Shown here piece after piece: positions 10,314-17,695 of a stretch of DNA of 17,695 nt. The translations under genes and the position numbers were made by a program. Below the pieces are notes generated by a model. It made no database searches and was not told the origin of the DNA. It was given only the letters and a program-made list of their open reading frames with translations. The stretch lies in contig JBJCIZ010000573.1 of NCBI GenBank assembly GCA_051294375.1, forward strand, positions 1 to 17,695, written 5' to 3'. This DNA is from Paraspadella gotoi. Taxonomy: Eukaryota; Animalia; Chaetognatha. The stretch's first letter is position 1. Every line of letters starts with the position of its first letter.

Positions 10314-11069
10314 GGCCAAGGTGCTGTGCGGCTGACATTTCGAAATAAAATTTTTTGGAAACAGATGCTATAATTCAATAATCCGCAACAGTCAAACCAC
10401 ATACGCGATCAATGAAACGGGCCAGAAATTTTTTAGCGCGTCAGGAAATTTATCGTGACTACAGGAACGACGGGAGACGACGACGACGAAACTACCGACC
10501 GAACTACGACGAACGAGAACAATGAGTCAAAAGCCTCTGACGGCCGAAACGCGAACCAGAATTTAACGACGAAGTCGCCGTCTCGAACGTTCGGTCACGA
10601 GCGAAACTTCGTCAATAACTTAAAGTTTTCAAAATAGCGGGATCGGGATCGCCGCTAGGAGGGGGGAGTAGGGGAGGGTAAGTAAGAGATGGAGCATGCT
10701 TTTTTCCTCCCAATCAACGACTTACCAATTCCACAACCTTCTTACCCTGAAGGAACGCGGCTGATTACCCTTGCAAGGAGATGGACGAGCGAAGATAAAA
10801 CGAGGGGAGGTAGTTCGAAAGGCTTATCATTTTTCTAAAACTTACCCCAAACGGGAGGACGGAAATCAAAACGAACTCGAATGGGAAGAGTCAGGAAGGA
10901 AGAAGCACGGCAAAGCGATCCGTAAAAATTCATTGTTTAAAATCCTCTAAAATTATTGGGCAGGCGTAATTAATATATAATTGGGTCTTCTTTGGTATGA
11001 AAGAAAGAAAACGATCGAGGCTTTAGTAAGAACCAATGAAAATATAACGTGGCGAAATCGGTCTCGTTG

Positions 11070-13260
11070 CTGATTTTGTCCCTTTCAACATCATTTCTAG
11101 CCAAATCTACATTGATCATACTTTTGGTATATGTGCGATTATACACTACTGGACTAGCTGTAATCTGACCATAACCCTGACCATCAACAAAAGCTAACTA
11201 GTCAAAATAATAAAAAAGGATGAAGGCAATATAGCTGCGAAACGCTTACAAAATTTAGACCATTGCTTTTATAAATGCAAAAAAAAGTATTAATATTATT
11301 AAAACAAAACTTTAAGATAACTAGATAGGTTAACCGAGACCGAAAGAAATGAATATTTTTACCCATCATTTCCTCAATTTATATGAATCATTTGTTTGTA
11401 ATTAGTCAATTAAATTAAATAACAATATGACATAATTCATTTCAATTTTTCTTTATGATGGGAAGTTTCTCTGCTTACTCCCTTTGGCGTCTATTATTTT
11501 ATATTTTCAAAGGTATTTTCAAAACCTTCTATAATTACTATATTTTTTCCACTTTTTTTTCTAATTCTTTCAAACAAAAACACATATAAAAACATTTTAA
11601 ATTAATAAAAAAAAATTGATTGAATGATTTGGAAAAAATATTTGAAACTTGAGAAATGAATGATTATGAGTCAGAAAAAAATTTTGGCAATTCTAACAAA
11701 ATAGCCCTAGCCTTTCGAGTTTGTCTAGAGCTGATTTTTTTATTTTTTTGATATTTTTAATTTTCTATGCAAACCATTATTCTCAATTGAGCATAGTCGG
11801 ATGAAATTTTTTTCTCCACAATTTAAAAATTTCAACTTTTCTAATTAAGGGCTTTTTTGGGGGAAATAACATAAATAAATTATTATAACGATGGGTAATC
11901 TGAAAAGTGTTGTTCTAAAATGGACAAAAAATTTTCTTCAATTTATTTTGAATTTAAGTATTGTTACAACAGAAATAAAGTGAGATGCTCCCGCTTGGGG
12001 GCCGAAATTTTTATTTAAACATAAGATTTGTACGCGTAATTTAAAAAACTGTTTTTTTTTAAAAATAAACTTTGAAAGAAAGAGGGTAGCAAGGTGGATG
12101 TGGTATCAAATTAACCTAATCATGGAACACCTTCTAAAAGAGTTTTCTTAATTAAATCCATAAATTCTTTACACATTTAGCTTTTGTTTAAATCAGAAGT
12201 TAAGAGTAGTAATACAAGTTTTTTTTTGCTTTAAATTTCAAGAAGACATATGAAATTTTTCTCCTTTTTCTTTTGTAAATTTGAAAAAGGAAGACTGAAT
12301 ACATTTTGTTTTATTATTAAAGTTTTTTTTATTCATAAAATTGCTTATATTTTTAGTTTAAAGTAAAAAAAAAAGCAAAATTTATGTTGTAGCTTGATAA
12401 AATATATTTTAAATATTAAAGATGATTAAATTACAAAAATGTTTCAAACGTTGATATAAACAGTCTGGACATCTACTTCTTGTTCTGTGAAAAAAAAATA
12501 TATCCCGTTATTTTTTCATTATCTTTAAACTGCAACTAAAAGCTTGACACGACCTGCTTGTTTATCTATATTTAAAGTTGTAAAAAATTTATTAGCTGGT
12601 ATACATATTTGATCAAAAGCAACATTCATGTGTTATTTGTATTGATAATTTTTTTTTTTTTAAATATAGTAAGGATTTAATTTTTATTATTTATTCATAG
12701 CCATTTTAATTAAGAAAAAATATTTCTCGTAAATAGCCCAATGGAAAGGGGTTCATTGACTGACTTATGAGTGAAATTTTTAGATTTCTTTACTGCCACC
12801 ATTTCATAAGATAATTAAAGTCATGGGTTACCATGTCAATAAGGTCCAGATTATCTGTACCCTTTCTGAAACCTGCATTCCCCAAATTTTCCTTTTTTTC
12901 TTTCAAAAATGTTAATTGAAATAGAAAAATTAAATTTGAGAGAACATGCGTGGAGGATGCCATTGTAAGCCTTAGTTACCCCACTACTCCGCGGAATTTT
13001 TAATGAGCGGTTTTTTTTTTCATCTATTTGAGACATAACACTACTATTAGTACTATTCTTTTTTTTTTATTTTTTTCCTATTAAATTCTATGATAAATAT
13101 AAATAAGTAACTTTTTAAAAAAATTTATCATCTTTCACCCTATTCAGTCATATCAAAAAACAAAAAAAGATTTTGCATTTGATAATTTTGGATATCAGTC
13201 ATATGAAACTATACGTTTCAAAAAATAAAAAAGAAATATAATAATATTGAACAGTGAATT
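11070..13260. other. AT-rich, CpG-poor, microsatellite-free compositional island (possibly decayed transposon-derived DNA)
   Basis: By eye only about 20-25 CpG in ~2.2 kb, versus dozens per kb in the flanks. It has no CT/GA tracts and only one ORF of 60 aa or more in the track. Boundaries are approximate, and no TIR or TSD was found. Confidence 0.6.
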
Positions 13261-14062
13261 TTTTTTATGCACGGAACAGTAACGTTACGCACATTTTTTC
13301 ATGTGTCAATCAAATGAATATAGGCAAATCGCTAAGAGATACCTTGCCACGCCAAGTCATCTTCTAATAATATAAGCGCCAACTATCCGCGGCGACAAGG
13401 GCATTGGCCTCGTTGACCTTCATTGAATGAACTTCTCTTTGAAGACGAATTTTCTAGCTTCTGCGCGACCCCCCGAGACCCAAGTGACGAAAAAGCGAAA
13501 GAATTTGCAAATCGAAAGAACACAACAGAAATTGAACCAAAAATGGCGCGAAATAAAAAAATAGATAATAAAAGAATACACTGATAAGAGTCGATCAAAA
13601 TTCGAGTCTCTGGCGGGAAAGATTTTACCTTTCCCCATTCGTGAGAACTTTTATGCCATGCCCGGCGGGGACACAAAATGTCATTCGAATACCTTACCGG
13701 TAATTATTTTTAATCAATAAAAATTCATACAATGAAAATTTCTGCTGACTTACAATATTAATCGTTTGGAAATGAAGTCTTTTACTCCGAAAGGACCTTC
13801 AACAGGCTAATCTTTCTCCACCCCCGTGCCCCCCCGTAAAGGAAAGAATTTAAAAATTTAGCCTTTTTTTTTTGTCACGAATTCGAATCTTTGAACTTCG
13901 ATTGTATTAAGTTCCGCCTCCTTGAAAATTCGCACCCGGCGCTATTCTCATTTTTCTTCAACGTCCATTAAAAACTATTTTTTAATCCTCCAATAACTTC
14001 CCGTTACTTACGGCTCTGTCTCATCGACCCGCTTCCGCGCATTTTAAGTTCTTTTTCAATGA

Positions 14063-14158
14063 TCTCTCTCTCTTGACTCTGCTCTCTCTCTCTCTCCTCT
14101 CTCCTCTTCTCTCTCTCTCTCTCTTCTCCTCTCCTTCTCTCTCTCTCTCTCCTCTCCT
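14063..14158. repeat. Imperfect (CT)n microsatellite
   Basis: Pyrimidine tract of about 96 nt. Confidence 0.96.
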
Positions 14159-14236
14159 AAATTCTCCTAATGACGACGCTTAAATCCCAGACGCAACCAA
14201 GAGATCCGGCGGCTATTCATGCGAATTTTTGCTTAT

Positions 14237-14346
14237 GAGAGAGAGGAGAGAGAGAGGAGAGGAGGCAGAGAGAGAGAGAGGAGATGAGAGTAAGAAGAGA
14301 GAGAAGAGAGAGGAGGAGAGGGGGATAGAGAGCGAGGAGAGAGAAG
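14237..14346. repeat. Imperfect (GA)n microsatellite
   Basis: Purine tract 78 nt downstream of the CT tract. Confidence 0.95.
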
Positions 14347-15587
14347 CAAAGTAGGGCTTTTTACGGCTCCAGAACTGCGTCGGCGTGCGTCCGCTTCGAT
14401 CGCCCGGCTCGCGACGCCGACCGGGGAATACGCGTCTGAGCGAAGAGGAGCCAGAACTCAATTCTTTCAAGTCGCCGTCGCCTTGGGTTTAATGGAGTTA
14501 GGTAGTTTTACTTGGGAGCAAGATTTTAGAATGAGTTTATACGATAGCAACATTATAGGCTTATTTTCGTCAAGTTATTATTTTATACGCTTTGAAAGCG
14601 TTAAAGCTACGAAAATGATCGTAGTTATAAAATATGGGTTATTATTTATGGACATTTGTAATGTTAAGGATATTGGATTATCTAATTAATAATTCTTATA
14701 ATTAAATATATATATATGGGCTTTCTTATAATTATATTTGGATAAATAAAAAAAAACATGAAACCCATAACTATAACAAGGAAAGGGACACGAGCGTTTC
14801 CCAAAAATTAAAATAATTATGAAATGAAAGTTCCCTAGACCTAGCTATCTACACGGGAGGGACTATAATAACGTCGTATTTGAAGTTTTGGTGTGGGGTT
14901 TCATAGATGGGCAGTGTCGCGGATTCATACTTACACTTTTTTAAACAAACTGTTCTCGCCGCCATCTCATTACATCTAGTTCACAAGACAAAATACAACA
15001 AATTCTCACATCAAATTGTCTATCATTTCATTATTCGACTTCTATGCACTTCATCGAAAAAGTTGTTCGAGAATTGACGCCTTGTCGGCTCTTGCCATTT
15101 TTTGTCATCATTTCCGTCTGCGACCTTTCGAACGCATCGAGGCCTACAATGAGTTCAAAGTATTTATTTTCGGGGGTCAATTAAAGAGGCGTCTGGAAAT
15201 CGCAACGATTTAAACTCTTTTAAAAAAGATTTACACGGGAAAAAAGTTTGGAACCAGAAATTGTTTTTGAACGTGCATTTGGGAATATTTCTCTAATATC
15301 CCCTGAGTAACATTAGGAACAATTGGGCAATGGTAGGGCGGAAGTGGCGAGCCGATGAATATAATCTGCGAGGAAAAAAACCATGTTATTTTTTTTTTGG
15401 GGCAAGGGAAACAGGGCGTAATTGGCGGGTGGGGAAAAAATATGATGGAGTTTTTGTGGTTGGTTTTAACGTAAATTGATATTGAGTGCAAATTTCTAAA
15501 TTTTTAAAGAAATGCCGTTGCGGGAAACTTCCAACTCGCCTAGAGTCTAGAGTAGAGATGATTTAATCTGCGCGGTGGGTGACGGGG

Positions 15588-15715
15588 TTTTTTATTTTTT
15601 TTTTTTTTTTTCCTTTCCGTTTACTATCGTCTCTCTCTCGTCCTCTCTCTCTCTAAATTCCTCTCTTCTCTTCTTCTCTTCTCTCTCTATCTCTCTCTCC
15701 TCTCCCTCTCTCTCT
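15588..15715. repeat. Poly-T plus imperfect (CT)n microsatellite
   Basis: T-rich 15588-15611, then a CT tract at about 15630-15715. Confidence 0.95.
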
Positions 15716-15845
15716 ATGAAAAGATGAGAGAAAAAGAGAAACTTCCTCCTTCCTTCTTCTTTTATCTCCTTTATTGTTCGCCTTCTTCGGCAAAAAGTAC
15801 TAAACCAAGTCATCAGTCAAGTAAATGCTTTCGGGTTGGGCTCTT

Positions 15846-16003
15846 TTATGTCGGTGTTGCCCTCGCTGAATTCGGGGGGTAAACTTGGTAAGGAGGAAGC
15901 TTCGAGGAGGAGGAAGGGGAGGAGGAAGAATGGAGGAGGGTGGATGGAAAGAAGGAAGGCCTACATAAGAACAGCGGATATCCGGGCTCATTGGCCTTCG
16001 ACT
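15846..16003 (-). CDS. Candidate terminal exon encoding a Ser/Pro-rich low-complexity tail
   Basis: On the minus strand a CAG| acceptor at 16005-16004 is the first AG after ~220 AG-free, pyrimidine-rich nt. The phase-1 frame SKANEPGYPLFLCRPSFFPSTLLHSSSSPSSSSKLPPYQVYPPNSARATPT runs to TAA 15848-15846 and is compatible with the 16427-16280 exon. Confidence 0.15.
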
Positions 16004-16086
16004 CTGTTTGTCGTACAACGGGGTTGATGAAGTCAAAGGAACAGAGAGAAGAAGGAAACAGGAATAATAGCGGATCGTCGGCATTG

Positions 16087-16121
16087 GAAGAGGAGGAGGG
16101 AGGAGGAGGAGGAGGAAGGAA
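16087..16121. repeat. Imperfect (GGA)n trinucleotide repeat
   Basis: GAAGAGGAGGAGGGAGGAGGAGGAGGAGGAAGGAA. Further GGA runs occur at about 15891-15945. Confidence 0.9.
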
Positions 16122-16279
16122 GACGGACGAAAAGGGGGGATTTGGAGGAGTGGTGGCGGTCGGCGGTGGTTGGGCGGGGGCGCGTATCCATGGAGCACGC
16201 GATAAAGGGGAATTAAAAAAAAAAGAACCTTCGCATCGGACAAACTTTGGTCGTTGTGGCGACGTCGAATTCTACTCAC

Positions 16280-16427
16280 CGAGGGGAACTTCATGAATCC
16301 GGTCGTCAGGACATTGGGCGTAACTTCGAAGTTCTTCGTCGTTTCTTACAAAGAGGACGGCGGCGAAGGCTTTGAACGGTATGACGTTCTTTTGTTTTTT
16401 TCGATCTTTGTGTTGTTTATCCTTCGT
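16280..16427 (-). CDS. Candidate internal exon (148 nt, phase 0-1), unknown product
   Basis: On the minus strand there is an acceptor CCTTCCCTTCTTATAG| (AG at 16429-16428) and a consensus donor CG|GTGAGT (GT at 16279-16278). The open frame reads TKDKQHKDRKKQKNVIPFKAFAAVLFVRNDEELRSYAQCPDDRIHEVPL. No recognised homology. Confidence 0.3.
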
Positions 16428-16885
16428 CTATAAGAAGGGAAGGCGTTGTCGGTCGGGCTTCTTTGTATGATCGGTGAAGAATAAAGGAGGGAACGTTCGC
16501 TGAATCACGTTCCTCATTCATATCATTTATCATTCGGTTCTCTAAAGAGATCGGTCAGTTTGCGAAACGAAGAAAAAATAGACTAAGGACTAAATTCTAC
16601 GATAAAAATTTTCAAGAACGAAAAAAAAAAAACGAAACAAAACCAACAGGATTTCTTCATTTTTCCTGATAGGAATGATGAGGCTAATCGCTCAATGATT
16701 AAGATCGAACAAGAAAACCAAAGAACAAATTTTTGTTTCGGCAAAATTTCCGGTGCTGGAGCCGCTATTTCCGGTTTTTTTTTTTCCGGCCACGTTTCCG
16801 ACCGTTTTTTCTTTGCCTTTATGTTCGACTTTCATTTTTATCTCGAAATTGATTTAAAAACAGCAATTAAATCCAAAGTTGGGCG

Positions 16886-17129
16886 TTCTCTCTCTCTCTC
16901 TCCTTCCCTCACTCTCCCGCAGAGTATTTCTTTATCCCATCTCCGTTGCTTTTATGGCATTCTAGCGATTCTCTCTCAGCTCACTCTTTTCTCGGTCTCC
17001 TCTCTCTCTCTCTCTCTCTTCTCTCTTGTCTCTCATCCTCTCTCTCTCATTTTCTCTCTCTCTCTTCTCTCTCGTCTCACTCTCTTCTTTTCTCTCTCTC
17101 TCTCTCTCTCCTCTTTCCTCTCTCTCTCT
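16886..17129. repeat. Long imperfect (CT)n tract
   Basis: About 240 nt rich in C/T, densest at about 16996-17129. Confidence 0.95.
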
Positions 17130-17499
17130 GTTTGTGCTATCGTGCTATTAAACTTGTCTCCGTGGTCATTTCTAAAAACAAAATGATGATTATAATTCTA
17201 CATGAATCGCCAACATTTATTTATACGTTCACTCATACGCCAGAAAAAAGCGCGGACCAACTTTTATAAACTTTAAAATTCCAGAACTTCATAATAATTT
17301 TTTCAGACAACGTGAGCGATTTCTCCGTAAACGACAGAAATGACGGACCAATTTTCCTTTCTCACTTCTCTCATTCTCTTTTTCATCGTGGGCCCCGAAA
17401 TCAAGATGAGGCACGTCGATGGGCTTCATTGCACATCACACTTTGGTCACATGGTGACAGATGGTTCTCTGTATTACATTTTATCCCTGACGCATCATG

Positions 17500-17615
17500 C
17501 TCCTCTCTCTCTCTCTCCTCTTCTCCTCTCTCTCATCTCTCTTTCTCTCTCATCATCTCTCTCTCTCTCTCTCATCTTCTCTTCTCTCTCTCTCTGCTCC
17601 CTTTTTTCCTTCTCC
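17500..17615. repeat. Imperfect (CT)n microsatellite
   Basis: CT tract with CAT interruptions. Confidence 0.95.
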
Positions 17616-17695
17616 GCAAATACGATGAGACAAAAAAAATTTTCATCTCGTTGCAGTGATTTTTTTCTCGTGAGATGTCGTCTGCTTCTGAGTCG

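Noticed and set aside
11048-11197. 49-codon plus-strand frame RGEIGLVADFVPFNIISSQIYIDHTFGICAIIHYWTSCNLTITLTINKS, faintly like class A GPCR TM2-TM3
   Set aside because: The spacing is too compressed, there is no DRY motif, and it is bounded by stops without suitable splice sites. An HMMER search against Pfam 7tm_1 would settle it.
11058-11343. 9-bp inverted repeat TCGGTCTCG/CGAGACCGA (inward-facing BsaI sites) as MITE TIRs or cloning scars
   Set aside because: It is too short and has no TSD. GGTCTC/GAGACC occurs several other times in the window.
13358-13680. Helitron-like 5' start (CATCTTCTAATAATATAAG) and a GC-rich patch at ~13660
   Set aside because: The resemblance is loose, and there is no 3' hairpin followed by CTAG.
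14483-14760. T/G-skewed AT-rich segment as a possible mitochondrial insertion (NUMT)
   Set aside because: The ORF-track translation matches no mitochondrial protein I recognise, and there is no mt-tRNA or rRNA motif.
275-17659. ORF-track ORFs as standalone genes (e.g. 7097-7621, 7311-7727, 8094-8447, 15800-16294, 15940-16296, 16695-17186)
   Set aside because: Most run through CT/GA/GGA repeats or homopolymers that lack stop codons, giving poly-SL/RE/K/P/G translations. None shows a recognisable domain or operon-like arrangement.
1-17695. CRISPR array, telomeric array, rRNA, or a prokaryotic defence or mobile system
   Set aside because: There are no regularly spaced 23-47 bp repeats with spacers. 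TTAGG-type motifs occur only singly, and there are no conserved rRNA motifs or long ORFs.

Overview
This AT-rich window looks eukaryotic and is mostly non-coding. I found no recognisable prokaryotic gene, operon, rRNA, tRNA, CRISPR array or intact transposase. The ORF-track entries are short and mostly artefacts of low-complexity sequence (poly-SL, poly-RE, poly-F/K). The dominant feature is 15 imperfect (CT)n/(GA)n tracts, together about 1.8 kb (~10% of the window), plus long T/A homopolymers, on a CpG-rich background. A ~2.2 kb CpG-poor, very AT-rich block without microsatellites (~11070-13260) interrupts this background. A few short stop-free segments with canonical splice signals could be exons (minus 16280-16427, 15846-16003 and 9973-10113; plus 3500-3657), but none matches a protein family I recognise. 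I cannot support a novel biological system here. The findings are structural or compositional leads of low to moderate interest, and the sequence may be error-rich or not natural.
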